51,728 nt of DNA, from contig SMYD01000008.1 of assembly GCA_004356015.1 (NCBI GenBank), positions 1 through 51,728 on the forward strand. The letters are read 5' to 3'. The notes below the pieces were generated by a model. It saw only the letters and a program-made list of their open reading frames with translations, had not been told where the DNA came from and did not search any database. Both the position numbers and the translations under genes were made by a program. Positions 41,824 to 51,727 of this stretch are shown piece after piece. Source of the stretch: Acidobacteriota bacterium (GTDB lineage: Bacteria > Acidobacteriota > Polarisedimenticolia > SMYD01). Positions within the stretch are counted from its first letter, which is position 1, and the number at the start of each line of letters is the position of its first letter.

Positions 41824-44349
41824 ATGGGCACGGCCGGGAGCAGGTGGGGCAGGCTGGGACGCTTGCTGAAATGGGGGCTGGCGGGTCTTGTTCCCGTCCT
41901 GATCCTGGCGGCGGCCGGTGCCTGGTTTCGCTGGCAGGCACCTCTGCCGGTGACCACAGGGACGCTCCTCGTACAAGGGGCGGCCGAGGCCATCACCATT
42001 GTTCGAGATGATTTTGGCGTTCCCCATGTCACTTCCGGATCGGAGAGCGATGCCGCGTTCGCCACCGGCTTCCTGCATGGTCAGGATCGTCTCTTTCAGA
42101 TGGACCTGATGCGACGCAGCACCGCCGGCCGCCTCTCTGAGTTGTTCGGCCCCATGGCGGTGTCGGCTGATCGCCAGGCACGGCGACGAGGTGTGTACCT
42201 GGGTGTGGCCGAGAGCATCGCGCGCACCCCCGGCGCTCGCGATTTTCTGCAAGCGTATGCCGACGGCGTCAATGCAGCCGTGGCGGCGGCATGGGCCCTG
42301 CCCGTGGAATATCTCCTCCTGCGCGCCAGCTTCTCGCCGTGGTCGGCGGAGGATTCGATCCTGGTGATCCGGGCCATGCAGGAGAGCCTGTCCCATTCCT
42401 CCCGCGAGCTTGTGCGCTTTGCGGCGGCGGAGAAGGTGGGCATCCGGGCGGCGGCCTGGCTGCTGGACGGGCGCCTCAAAGATGATGTGGTGATTCTCGA
42501 AGACGTGGTGCCGGCAGGCGCCGTCGATGCGGATGTCGCTGCCCGTCTCACGGCCACTCTCCTGGACCGGCAAGCCGCTGACCTTGGTCTGGCGCTGGAC
42601 ATGCCGGACCTCCCCGCCGCAGAGATAAGTGCCGTGGCGCGCCCGCTGGTCCAGGAAGAGATGACGGCGCTGTGGAGCGACACGGTCTACGGTTCCAATT
42701 CCTGGGTGGTGGCAGGTGCGCGCACCGCCGGTGGTGCGCCGCTGCTGGCCAACGACACTCATCTCGCTCTGAGCATGCCGGCGCCATTCTACATGGTGGA
42801 TCTGAACTGGCCGCAGGTCCATGTGGCCGGTGCCACGGTGCCGGGATTTCCCGGCGTGATCATCGGCCGCACCGGGAAGATGGCCTGGGGGGTGACCATC
42901 CTCACCGCCGATGTGGCCGACTATGTGGTGGAGACGGTGCATCCCGAGGACCCTGGGCGCTACCTGGTTCTGGATGATGCGGCCGGTGCCGGCAGGCCCT
43001 TCCAGGAGAGGGAAGAGCTGATCCAGGTGCGCGGCGGCGAGGCGGTGACCGAGATGGTGCGCAGCACCATCCACGGGCCGGTTGTGGACGAGGAGTGGCG
43101 TCCGGGCCGGGTTCTGGTCCGGGCCACCTGGCCGGCCGGCCGAGTGGGCGCGCTCACGGCTCTGCGCGGATTTGCCCTTGCCGAGAACGGGACCGCCTTC
43201 AGGGCGGCGGCGGCTGAGCACGATCGGCCGGCGGAGAATCTTGTTTACGCCCATGTGGATGGCACCATCGGCTATGTCGCTGCGGGAAACCTGGTGCGGC
43301 GCGCCGGATACAGCGGGCTGTTGCCGGTGGCGGGCCGTGTCCATGGCCAGCTGTTCGACGGCTGGGACGATCCCCTGGACCGGCCCTGGAGCGAGAATCC
43401 GGGAAGAGGTTTCCTGGTCACCGCCAACAACCGCGTGATGCGCGGCCCGCGCGCCCATGGCTGGAACGGTGTCTGGATTCGCGCCGACCGGGCGGCCCGG
43501 GCACGAGCGCTCCTTACTTCGCGCCGGGATCATGACGCCGCTTCATTCCGTGTCATGCAGGGTGACACCTTCTCACGCCGGGCCGCCCTGATCCTTGAGC
43601 CGCTGGCAGAACTCCTCCGGCAGGGCGCCTGGGAAGCGGATCCCGGGGTCCAGAATGCGGTCGAGGCCTGGGACATCCTGGCCGCCTGGGATCATCGCTA
43701 CGATGAGGGCCCTGCCCCGGGTCTCTACGCTCTCTTTCATGAGAACCTGCTGGTGAGCCTCTTCGCGGACGAACTGGGCGACTCACTGAATCGCGCAGCC
43801 GACGCCGGCCTCATGAAGCTGCTTGCTCCTCAGAACTTCGAGGATGGCGCGCCGATGGGCTTGGTCCACGACTGGTGGGATGATACGCGCACATCCGACC
43901 GTGTGGAGACCGTGAACAGCCAGGTGAACGCAGCCCTGGCCGCGGCCTGGGAAGACATGGAGAGCCGTGTGCCGGGTGGTCCCGCAACATGGGATTGGCC
44001 TGACATGCACCGGGTGCATTTTGTTCACCCCCTCGGCCGGCTACCGCTGCTGGCGCGCTGGTTCAACGGCCCCGATTTGCCGGTGGGGGGAGCCGGCGGC
44101 GTTCTCATGGCCGCGGCGTTCAGAGCATCCCGGTCGTTCGATGTGTTCGCCATGCCGGCCATGCGCATGGTGGCCGACATGGGGGAGGGGGGCGGCCTGC
44201 GCATGGTGATCCCCCCCGGCCAGTCGGGCATACCGGCCAGCAGCCACTTCGTGGATCAGGCGCAGTTGTGGCAGGAACTGGGCGATCTGGAAATCGTCAT
44301 GCCCGCGCGTCCCGCTGTCTCGACCCTGATCCTGCAGCCGGCACCATGA
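41824..44349 (+). CDS. Penicillin acylase family (S45 Ntn-hydrolase)
   Basis: RDDFGVPH, QDRLFQMDL, nucleophile GSNSW, LLANDTHL, TANN, PGQSG. Confidence 0.94.
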   Translation: MGTAGSRWGRLGRLLKWGLAGLVPVLILAAAGAWFRWQAPLPVTTGTLLVQGAAEAITIVRDDFGVPHVTSGSESDAAFATGFLHGQDRLFQMDLMRRSTAGRLSELFGPMAVSADRQARRRGVYLGVAESIARTPGARDFLQAYADGVNAAVAAAWALPVEYLLLRASFSPWSAEDSILVIRAMQESLSHSSRELVRFAAAEKVGIRAAAWLLDGRLKDDVVILEDVVPAGAVDADVAARLTATLLDRQAADLGLALDMPDLPAAEISAVARPLVQEEMTALWSDTVYGSNSWVVAGARTAGGAPLLANDTHLALSMPAPFYMVDLNWPQVHVAGATVPGFPGVIIGRTGKMAWGVTILTADVADYVVETVHPEDPGRYLVLDDAAGAGRPFQEREELIQVRGGEAVTEMVRSTIHGPVVDEEWRPGRVLVRATWPAGRVGALTALRGFALAENGTAFRAAAAEHDRPAENLVYAHVDGTIGYVAAGNLVRRAGYSGLLPVAGRVHGQLFDGWDDPLDRPWSENPGRGFLVTANNRVMRGPRAHGWNGVWIRADRAARARALLTSRRDHDAASFRVMQGDTFSRRAALILEPLAELLRQGAWEADPGVQNAVEAWDILAAWDHRYDEGPAPGLYALFHENLLVSLFADELGDSLNRAADAGLMKLLAPQNFEDGAPMGLVHDWWDDTRTSDRVETVNSQVNAALAAAWEDMESRVPGGPATWDWPDMHRVHFVHPLGRLPLLARWFNGPDLPVGGAGGVLMAAAFRASRSFDVFAMPAMRMVADMGEGGGLRMVIPPGQSGIPASSHFVDQAQLWQELGDLEIVMPARPAVSTLILQPAP

Positions 44350-45764
44350 CCCGCGGGGTGGCCACGGTGGACCTGGATCCCATGCCCGACCCCGGCCATC
44401 TCCTGCTGGGACTGGCCGCCCTGCGCGACCTGGGCGAGAAGGTGGAACCGTTCCTTCTCGGCGGCGATGCCTCCCTGTTCGGCGAGGAAGAAGACCCGTT
44501 CCTGCTCATGGGGGCGTGGCCTGAAGACCGGCTGGAACTGGCTCGGGAGAACGGTCCGGATTTTCCCTGGGAGACCGGTGCCGGCGACCTGCTCGCCGCC
44601 GTGGAGAAGTTCGTCGGTTCTCAGGATGATGAGGACGCCGCCGCGGATGACGATCCCTGGCGCCGCCCCCTGACCGTCGGCTGGATCGGTCACGAACTGC
44701 CGGCCACGGTTCTCAGCCGCCATGCCGCCTATCTCGTCCTCTGGCCGCGGCGTGGTGTGGCGCGGGCGGTGGCCGTCGCGGCCGCGGACAGCACTTCGGC
44801 AGATTCGGCGCAGGCGCGCCTGGCGCTGCTGGTCCAGGATATTCATCAGGCCGGGGCCCGGGGCCGGCGGCTGGCGCCGGACCTGGTAGGCATGCCGGTG
44901 GCAAGCGGCGCCCATGCGCCGGTGGGAAGTGAACAGCATGGCCGGCGGGTGCAGACGGTTCTTGATGCCATTGCCGCCGGTGATGTGTATCAGGTGAACC
45001 TGGCCCACGGTCTGTCTCTCGAAGGGTTCCCCGCCGAAAACAGCAGGCGCGCGGCGGCCTTTCTCCACCTGTGGCGGGAGAACCCGGTCTCCTATCCGGC
45101 CTACGTGCAGCAGGGTGACACGACCATGCTCTCCTTCAGCCCGGAGCGCTACCTGGCGCGGAGGGGCGCCATGCTGGAGAGCAGGCCCATCAAAGGGACA
45201 CGCCCCCGGGGAGAGACCCCGGCCGCGGACGCGCGGCTCGCCCGGGATCTTGAGGTCTCCGCCAAGGATCGGGCCGAGAACATCATGATCGTGGATCTGG
45301 TGCGCAACGACCTGGGGAGGGTGGCCGAGATCGCCAGTGTCTCCGTGCCGGTTCTTTGCCGGCTGGAATCGTTCACGTCAGTTCATCATCTCGTGTCCGT
45401 CGTGCAGGCGCGCCTGCGTCCCGGCGTCGGCCTGGCTGAAATCCTGGCGGCGGTGCATCCGCCCGGCTCCATGACCGGCGCGCCCAAGATGCGTGCCGTC
45501 TCCCTGCTGGCGGCCCTGGAGGGCGAGCCCCGTGGTATTTATGCCGGCGGTCTGGCATGGTTTGCGGGACCTGCGCGCTTCCATCTGTCCATGGTGATCC
45601 GCACCATCCTGGCCGGGAGAACGGGCGCGTCTCTCCACGTGGGAGGTGGCATCGTGGCCGACTCCGATCCCGAAGACGAATATCAAGAGACACTCCACAA
45701 GGCCGATGCCCTGCTGCGCTCCCTGGCGGTGCCGCCGGGCTTCGCACGGTCCAGAGAAGTGTAA
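44346..45764 (+). CDS. pabB: Aminodeoxychorismate synthase component I
   Basis: GDVYQVNL, SPER, PIKGT (Lys diagnostic of PabB rather than TrpE), AENIMIVDLVRNDL, GSMTGAPK. Confidence 0.85.
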   Translation: MTRGVATVDLDPMPDPGHLLLGLAALRDLGEKVEPFLLGGDASLFGEEEDPFLLMGAWPEDRLELARENGPDFPWETGAGDLLAAVEKFVGSQDDEDAAADDDPWRRPLTVGWIGHELPATVLSRHAAYLVLWPRRGVARAVAVAAADSTSADSAQARLALLVQDIHQAGARGRRLAPDLVGMPVASGAHAPVGSEQHGRRVQTVLDAIAAGDVYQVNLAHGLSLEGFPAENSRRAAAFLHLWRENPVSYPAYVQQGDTTMLSFSPERYLARRGAMLESRPIKGTRPRGETPAADARLARDLEVSAKDRAENIMIVDLVRNDLGRVAEIASVSVPVLCRLESFTSVHHLVSVVQARLRPGVGLAEILAAVHPPGSMTGAPKMRAVSLLAALEGEPRGIYAGGLAWFAGPARFHLSMVIRTILAGRTGASLHVGGGIVADSDPEDEYQETLHKADALLRSLAVPPGFARSREV

Positions 45765-45851
45765 CTTCAAGAGTACACGCGACTTATGCCGATCTGCTGG
45801 CGCGCGAGTGGGGAACGGAGTAAAATTTGCCGGGTCACTCCCCTCAAGATT

Positions 45852-46769
45852 ATGCGAAGCCTTCGTGCCATCTCGATCTGTGTCGGTGCGTGCCTGCTCA
45901 TGCCGGCGCTCGCGACCGTGTTCCCGACCGGGCCCTCTCTCGCTGCGGACGCCGGCGGGGAGATGCCCTCCTTTGGCATGACCCTGGTTCAGGAAGAGGG
46001 GACTCTGATAGTGCGCGACCTTGTGCCCAACGGCCCGGCTTACCGCGCCGGCGTCCGTCTCGGAGATACCTTCCTCAGCATTGACGGCGTCCGCCTCAAG
46101 GGTGCCACATTCGAGCAGGTGCGGGCGCGCCTCACGGCCCCGCGCGCCGACGCCGTGACCCTGCAGGTCCGCCGACGGGCCGGCGGGAACCAGGAATTGC
46201 GCCTCAAGCGTCCGGCGCCCAATGCCGCCCTGACTGCCGCAGCCCTCGCGTGGCGCTCGTCCGGCGCGCTGGACGCGGGACAGCAGGGCGCCATCCCCGG
46301 TCCTCAATCGACCGGCCGCTCCGATGTGATCGACCGGGGCACCCTGCATGTGGGTGATGATCTCATCGACTTCACCCTGCCCCGCCTGGGAGGCGGCGAG
46401 GTCACCCTCAGCGAGTTCACCGGCAAACCGATCCTGTTGGATTTCTGGGCCACGTGGTGCGGTCCCTGCCGGGCGGCGGCACCGGGCCTGGCGGCGATCA
46501 CCACCAGGTTCGGGGACAAGATCCAGATCATCGGTATCAACATGGATTCGACGCCGGGGATGGCCATCCAGTATGCCCAGGGCGCCGGCCTCACCTATCC
46601 CCACGCCTTCAGCCAAGGGTGGGAGGATCCGGTCATCCGGGAGTACGGCATCCATCTCACCGGTATTCCTTTTAACATTCTGTTCGATGCCCAGGGCCGC
46701 GTTGCGGCCATGGATCTGCACGGGCAGCCTCTGGCAGATGCCCTGGAGCTCCTCCTCCACAGGGAGTGA
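45852..46769 (+). CDS. Exported PDZ plus TlpA/ResA-like thiol-disulfide oxidoreductase
   Basis: Signal peptide, PDZ (FGM...GPA.RAGV..GD....IDG), LLDFWATWCGPC, GIP. Confidence 0.88.
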   Translation: MRSLRAISICVGACLLMPALATVFPTGPSLAADAGGEMPSFGMTLVQEEGTLIVRDLVPNGPAYRAGVRLGDTFLSIDGVRLKGATFEQVRARLTAPRADAVTLQVRRRAGGNQELRLKRPAPNAALTAAALAWRSSGALDAGQQGAIPGPQSTGRSDVIDRGTLHVGDDLIDFTLPRLGGGEVTLSEFTGKPILLDFWATWCGPCRAAAPGLAAITTRFGDKIQIIGINMDSTPGMAIQYAQGAGLTYPHAFSQGWEDPVIREYGIHLTGIPFNILFDAQGRVAAMDLHGQPLADALELLLHRE

Positions 46770-46780
46770 GGCCTTCCCCT

Positions 46781-48178
46781 ATGGCGACGATTCTATTTCT
46801 GGATGACGACCTGCTGCCGCAGGTTCTCGGCGACCGCATGAGTGGGGAGAAGACGCCCTATCTCTTTGCCACGCCCAACGGAAATCTGGCCCGCTCCCTG
46901 AAACGCAAGGGACTCAAGGCCGTTTCCGGCAGCCTGCGTTCCAGCCGCCTTTATAACCGCCTCGATCTGAACGGTTCCTCCCGCATCGTCATCGATCTCG
47001 CGGACAAGGGCTCCACCTATGCCGTACTGGAGGAAATTCAGAAGCGCGTCGGGCAGGTGCCCGTGGTGGTGGCTCTCAAGGAGGGGAGCGGCCTGGATGA
47101 AGGGCAGCTTCTCGAGCAGTTTCCCGGGGTCAAGGTGGTGCGCCTCCGTGCCCTCCTGGAGGACGGCCTCAAGGTCGAGATGGAGTACGCGGCCACCCGT
47201 CGCCTCGTGCACCGCTACCAGGAAGATTTTCAGAAGGCGGAGCGCATCCTGATCCTCCTTCATGACGACCCCGATCCCGATTCCATGGCCTCGGCCCTGG
47301 CCCTGCGCACCATTTTGGGCCGCAATCGCCAGACCGCGGTCATCGGCACCTTCGCGCCGGTCACCCGCCCTGAGAATCTGCGCATGACCAGGATGCTCGA
47401 TCTGACCGTGAAGACCCTGACCCAGTCAGACATGGCGCGTTTCCAGCGCATCGCGGTCCTCGACATCCAGCCCCATTACTGGGCCGACCGCTTCCGTGAG
47501 GTCGATCTGGTCATCGATCATCACCCCCAGGCCAAGGGATACAAGGCCCGCTTCAAGGATCTGCGCCCCCGGGTCGGTGCCACGTCCACCATCATGCTGG
47601 AACACCTGCTGGCCGCCGGCGTGTCCGTATCGGAGCGCATGGCCACGGCCATGCTGTATGCCATCAAGACGGACACGCTGTTCCTGGAGCGGGGTGTGCA
47701 CCCTGCGGATCTGCGATCCTTCATGTACCTCTACCAGAGAGCCAACCTGAACGTCATGCGCAAGATCGAAGGCCAGGGCCTCACCATGGAGCGTCTCCAG
47801 TTCATTGACCGGGTGCGCCAGCAGCACATGTTCGCGGATGGATTCCTCTATGCCCATCTGGGTCCCATCCCCCGGGATGATCTGGCCCCCGCGCTGGCCG
47901 ATTTCTTCCTGCAGGTGGATGACGTGAAGTGGTGCGCGATTTCCGGCGAGGTGGGCGGGCAGGTGACCCTTTCGTTGCGCAATCTGGGCTACCAGAAGTC
48001 GGCCGGCGATGTGGTCAAGGCGGTGTTCGGCGATATCGGGAACGCGGGCGGCCACCGCAGCGCCGCCAAGGCGGTCATCCCCATGGACAAGTTCCGCAAG
48101 AAATTCGGCGTCCCGTCCCGTAACGGCAAGGTCGCCGCCGCTGTGTATGCCAAGCTCAGGGAAGCCACCGGCCTGTGA
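46781..48178 (+). CDS. DHH/DHHA1 phosphoesterase with N-terminal Rossmann-like (TrkA-N/RCK-like) domain
   Basis: HDDPDPDS, IDHH, TDT, GGH motifs; about 140-aa N-terminal extension. Confidence 0.88.
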   Translation: MATILFLDDDLLPQVLGDRMSGEKTPYLFATPNGNLARSLKRKGLKAVSGSLRSSRLYNRLDLNGSSRIVIDLADKGSTYAVLEEIQKRVGQVPVVVALKEGSGLDEGQLLEQFPGVKVVRLRALLEDGLKVEMEYAATRRLVHRYQEDFQKAERILILLHDDPDPDSMASALALRTILGRNRQTAVIGTFAPVTRPENLRMTRMLDLTVKTLTQSDMARFQRIAVLDIQPHYWADRFREVDLVIDHHPQAKGYKARFKDLRPRVGATSTIMLEHLLAAGVSVSERMATAMLYAIKTDTLFLERGVHPADLRSFMYLYQRANLNVMRKIEGQGLTMERLQFIDRVRQQHMFADGFLYAHLGPIPRDDLAPALADFFLQVDDVKWCAISGEVGGQVTLSLRNLGYQKSAGDVVKAVFGDIGNAGGHRSAAKAVIPMDKFRKKFGVPSRNGKVAAAVYAKLREATGL

Positions 48179-48594
48179 AGCAGACAGCCACCGAGTTCGT
48201 GGTGGTGACAGAGGGGCGCGGGATGGTGGAGATCACCGCTGAAGTTCTGGCCTGGGTGGCCGGCAGTGGCCTGGAGCAGGGCCTTCTCACCCTGCATGTG
48301 CGCCACACATCGGCCTCTCTGCTCATCCAGGAGAACGCGGACCCGGAAGTGCAGGCCGACATGGAGCGCTTTCTGTCGCGCCTGATCCCCGACGGCGATC
48401 CTCTCCTGCGCCACACGGCGGAAGGCCCCGACGATATGCCCGCCCATGTGCGTGCGGCCCTCACCGCCACCTCGCTCTCCCTGCCGGTGAGCGGTGGCCG
48501 ACCGGCCCTGGGCACCTGGCAGGGGATCTATCTCTACGAGCATCGCCTGGCGCCTCACCGCAGGCTCATTGCCGCCCACCTCATGGGTCAGTAG
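48175..48594 (+). CDS. YjbQ/UPF0047 family protein
   Basis: HTSASL.IQENADP.V, H..EGPDDMPAH, LGTWQGIYL.EH. Confidence 0.93.
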   Translation: MKQTATEFVVVTEGRGMVEITAEVLAWVAGSGLEQGLLTLHVRHTSASLLIQENADPEVQADMERFLSRLIPDGDPLLRHTAEGPDDMPAHVRAALTATSLSLPVSGGRPALGTWQGIYLYEHRLAPHRRLIAAHLMGQ

Positions 48595-48596
48595 AG

Positions 48597-50300
48597 GTGC
48601 CCGGAGGCGAGACGCGCCCGCTCCCGCCTGCGGTTCCGGCGCGTCACGCCGTGCCCGGATGGATGGCGGCTGTCGTGCTGGCCGCAACGGCCGTCTTTTC
48701 CTGGCTCCCGGCTCTGATCGATCAGGCCCGGGACGTGGATGTCCTGCTTTACGCCGCGGCAGCGGCGCGATCCAATGCCGCCGGAACTCTGCCCTACATC
48801 GCGGCCTGGATTGAAAAAGGACCCCTGGCCATGGGCCTCTTCCAGATCCTGTTCGCCCTGTTCGGCGCCTTCAACCTGGCCGCTCTGGCTCTGGCCTGGC
48901 TGGTTCTCGCCCTGGGCACCATGTGGATGGTGGCATGTCTTGCCCGCAGGTTGGGAGGCGGCGCCTGGTGGGCGGCGGCCTTCTTTGCCGCTGCTCTCCC
49001 GGCCGTGGGAGGCTCTCTCAACACCGAAGTCCCGGCGGCAGCAGCCGCCATGGGAGCTCTATTGATCTGGCTGCGTGCCCGGCAGCAGAGAGGCGGCGGC
49101 TTCCGGCTTGCTGTCGTCGCCGGGCTGCTGGCGGGAACTGCTTTTCTCTGCCGGCAGAATGCAGGCATCCTGGCTCCGGCCCTGGTGGCGGCGGATCTCA
49201 TCAGCACCGGCGGTGTGCACCTGCCGTGGCGGCTGCGCCTGGGCCGGCCTCTTGCCCTCCTGGTGGGATTTGTGGCGCTGCCGCTGCTGACGGTGTTGGT
49301 CTATGCGGCCCTGGGAGAACTCGAGTCATTTCTCTTTTGCTTTCATGGCTACAACGTGAATTTCTACATGGCCGCCACGCGCGTGACCACAGAGAGGCTG
49401 CTGCTGGCTCCCTGGACGGCGGTTACCAATTTCCTCGTGCCGGTGGCCACGGTGGCCACCCTGGGGCTGGCCGGCATGGTGGCGGTGTTATGGGGCCCGC
49501 TCCGCTTCCGGCGTGCCGACCCTGGGCAGGGTGTGGCCAGGCTGGCCGTCCTCTTGCTGGCACTGTCCCTCTTCGCCAGTCTGTTTGCCGGGCTGCGCTT
49601 CTTTGCCCATTACTTCGCTCTGGCCCTGCCTTTCTGGGCAGCCCTGGGCGGCTGGTTCACGGGCACGAAGATCCGTCACGCGCGGCCGCTCCATGCCCTG
49701 GCCGTAACTCTCCTGGTGATGACGGCGCTGGGACTGGAGGTCGGCCGGCGCCCCTGGTTGGATACGCTGAGGCGCACCAGGGAATGGGTGGTCTCGGGCC
49801 GGATCCTGGACGCGGCGGATCCCCTGGCCTGGCCGCGCAGGGACGGCCTCGCGACCGCTGCGGCTCGCTATATCCGGGCGAACAGTTCTCCTGATGACCG
49901 TGTGTTTGTCTGGGGCATGCGCCCCCATGTGCAGGTTTACGCCCGCCGCCTTCCCGCCACCCGCTTCGTCACCAGTACTTTTCTGACCGGCGTGGTGCCG
50001 TGGGAGCGGCTTGAACCGGCGGATGGCACGGCCGACTGGATCGTGCCCGGGTCCTGGGATCTCTTCATGGCCGACATGGAACAGGAGCGGCCCCTGTTTG
50101 TTGTGGACGCCAGCTACGACCATATGTTTGCCAACGGTGCCCACAGTCCAGAGCACTACCCGCTGCTGAGGGATTTGCTGGCGCGCCAGTATGAGCAGGT
50201 GAAATCGTTCGGTGAGATCGATCGGATGATCCTGTGGCGCCGCAAGAGCGAAGAATCATCCGGGACGTTCACCAGCGGGTATCGAGAAACCATTCCATGA
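48597..50300 (+). CDS. GT-C fold (ArnT/PMT-like) membrane glycosyltransferase
   Basis: Loop D...Y...LPY...WIEKGP after the first TM, NTE, many TM helices, HYF, C-terminal periplasmic domain. Confidence 0.75.
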   Translation: MPGGETRPLPPAVPARHAVPGWMAAVVLAATAVFSWLPALIDQARDVDVLLYAAAAARSNAAGTLPYIAAWIEKGPLAMGLFQILFALFGAFNLAALALAWLVLALGTMWMVACLARRLGGGAWWAAAFFAAALPAVGGSLNTEVPAAAAAMGALLIWLRARQQRGGGFRLAVVAGLLAGTAFLCRQNAGILAPALVAADLISTGGVHLPWRLRLGRPLALLVGFVALPLLTVLVYAALGELESFLFCFHGYNVNFYMAATRVTTERLLLAPWTAVTNFLVPVATVATLGLAGMVAVLWGPLRFRRADPGQGVARLAVLLLALSLFASLFAGLRFFAHYFALALPFWAALGGWFTGTKIRHARPLHALAVTLLVMTALGLEVGRRPWLDTLRRTREWVVSGRILDAADPLAWPRRDGLATAAARYIRANSSPDDRVFVWGMRPHVQVYARRLPATRFVTSTFLTGVVPWERLEPADGTADWIVPGSWDLFMADMEQERPLFVVDASYDHMFANGAHSPEHYPLLRDLLARQYEQVKSFGEIDRMILWRRKSEESSGTFTSGYRETIP

Positions 50301-50941
50301 GCGCCGTCTGGCCCAGATGCCAGAGAGCGGTGAGGGAAAAGAGCCAGAGGCCGGCGCGCGCCGGCCGCTTCCCGTGTCAGGGCCATGGCGAAGAGGGCGC
50401 CGGCAGCCATGAGGGGCACGGCGAAGATCATGTCCATGGAGGTGGCTCCATAGAGGGCCACGGCCGGTGTCATCACCCAGAGGATGGCCGCGGCGCGGGC
50501 GCCACGCTCCGGGAGAAAACAGCGTGCCCAGGCGAGCATGGGCAGGAGGCCGAGAGTGGACAGCAGGACGACCGCCAGGGACACCGGGCCGGCCCGTCCT
50601 CCCGTCGCCCGATCCAGGATCCAGAGGAGGATGCGAGCCCCAGGCCCAGTGCCAGCACCGGGAGCAGCCACCAGGCGCCATCGCCCCGCCGCCACAGGGC
50701 CCAACAGGGGAAAAAGGAAATCGCGGCGCAGAAGGCCCATGGCAGGGGCCAGAAGCGGCAGAACCTTCAAGGCGAAGAGGAGCGCCAGAAAACCCATGGC
50801 TCGGGCCGACTGATCCGCCGCCACCGCGGCATAGGCCGGTTCTCCCGGCCGGTGCAGGCGGCGGGCCCGGTGCAGGCCGCGGGCGAGAACCCAGGCGGTG
50901 AGGGCCAGGCCGAGGCTCAGCAGGATGAGGTTGGCATCCAT
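50156..50941 (-). CDS. Membrane protein resembling a truncated GT-C glycosyltransferase (possible pseudogene)
   Basis: TM helices with P....YGATSMD.IF. The final residues are non-hydrophobic and run 145 nt antisense into the neighbouring gene. Confidence 0.45.
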   Translation of the reverse strand: MDANLILLSLGLALTAWVLARGLHRARRLHRPGEPAYAAVAADQSARAMGFLALLFALKVLPLLAPAMGLLRRDFLFPLLGPVAAGRWRLVAAPGAGTGPGARILLWILDRATGGRAGPVSLAVVLLSTLGLLPMLAWARCFLPERGARAAAILWVMTPAVALYGATSMDMIFAVPLMAAGALFAMALTREAAGARRPLALFPHRSLASGPDGAHGMVSRYPLVNVPDDSSLLRRHRIIRSISPNDFTCSYWRASKSLSSG

Positions 50942-50959
50942 CAGGTCGGCCGAGCGCGA

Positions 50960-51727
50960 TCAGTCCAGGTAACCCAGGCTGCGCAGGCGCTGGCGAATCT
51001 CGGGTGACATTTCCAGGGAAGGGCTGCCGGTGCCGGCAGCGGCACCAGCCGGCAGCCGCTGCTCCAGACTGGCGGCCAGCCTGGACCATGGCTCCTCATC
51101 CGTCATCCCCGCATGGAAAAGGTTGTGTTGCTCCAGCGGATCCGCCTCCAGGTCGAAGGCCATGTGATGTCCATCGGAAGACCGGATCCATTTGTGATCT
51201 TCGCTGCGGATGCCGTCTAGAGAGCGATCCCAGGGCGAAGGGTCGAGACCCAGGCGCGAACGGACCCGATCCAGAACAGGGTCCGGGCGCGCGTACTGAA
51301 AGTAGACCCGGCCGGCGGGAGGGGCCTGTGCGCCGGCTTCATCAGTGCCGGGAAGGACGCCGGCCAGTTGCAGGATCCGGCGCGGGATCGAGGCCAGGGA
51401 GACCAGGCCGTTCTCGGTCGAGCCGGCGGGGACGCCCGCTGGATAGCGGATCAGAAGAGGGACATGAACCAGCGTGTCATAGAGGCCCAGCTGGTGATCC
51501 AGGGGGGCGTGATCGTTCAGGTTCTCGCCATGATCGGAGGTCACGACGATGATGGTGTGATCCAGCCGTTCACTTTGTCGCAGACGATCCAAGATGCGCT
51601 GTAGGATGGAATCCGCGTAGGCCACTTCAGCGGCGTAGAGAGAGCGCAGCAGCCGCGCGTCATCACTTGAAAGAGTGTCACCGCCAAGACCGGTGAGTGG
51701 ATTCTGATCCAGCGCATGAATCTGGTC
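50960..51727 (-). CDS. Sulfatase-like protein, 5' end outside window
   Basis: Frame open to the window edge; Y.AEVAYAD, TSDHGE, HVPLLIRYP, DL.ADP.E, LRSLGYLD. Confidence 0.88.
   Translation of the reverse strand, partial: DQIHALDQNPLTGLGGDTLSSDDARLLRSLYAAEVAYADSILQRILDRLRQSERLDHTIIVVTSDHGENLNDHAPLDHQLGLYDTLVHVPLLIRYPAGVPAGSTENGLVSLASIPRRILQLAGVLPGTDEAGAQAPPAGRVYFQYARPDPVLDRVRSRLGLDPSPWDRSLDGIRSEDHKWIRSSDGHHMAFDLEADPLEQHNLFHAGMTDEEPWSRLAASLEQRLPAGAAAGTGSPSLEMSPEIRQRLRSLGYLD

Noticed and set aside
38990-41830. Integron cassette array in the co-oriented low-GC block
   Set aside because: Intergenic gaps are only 4-45 nt, with no convincing RYYYAAC...GTTRRRY attC pairs and no integrase.
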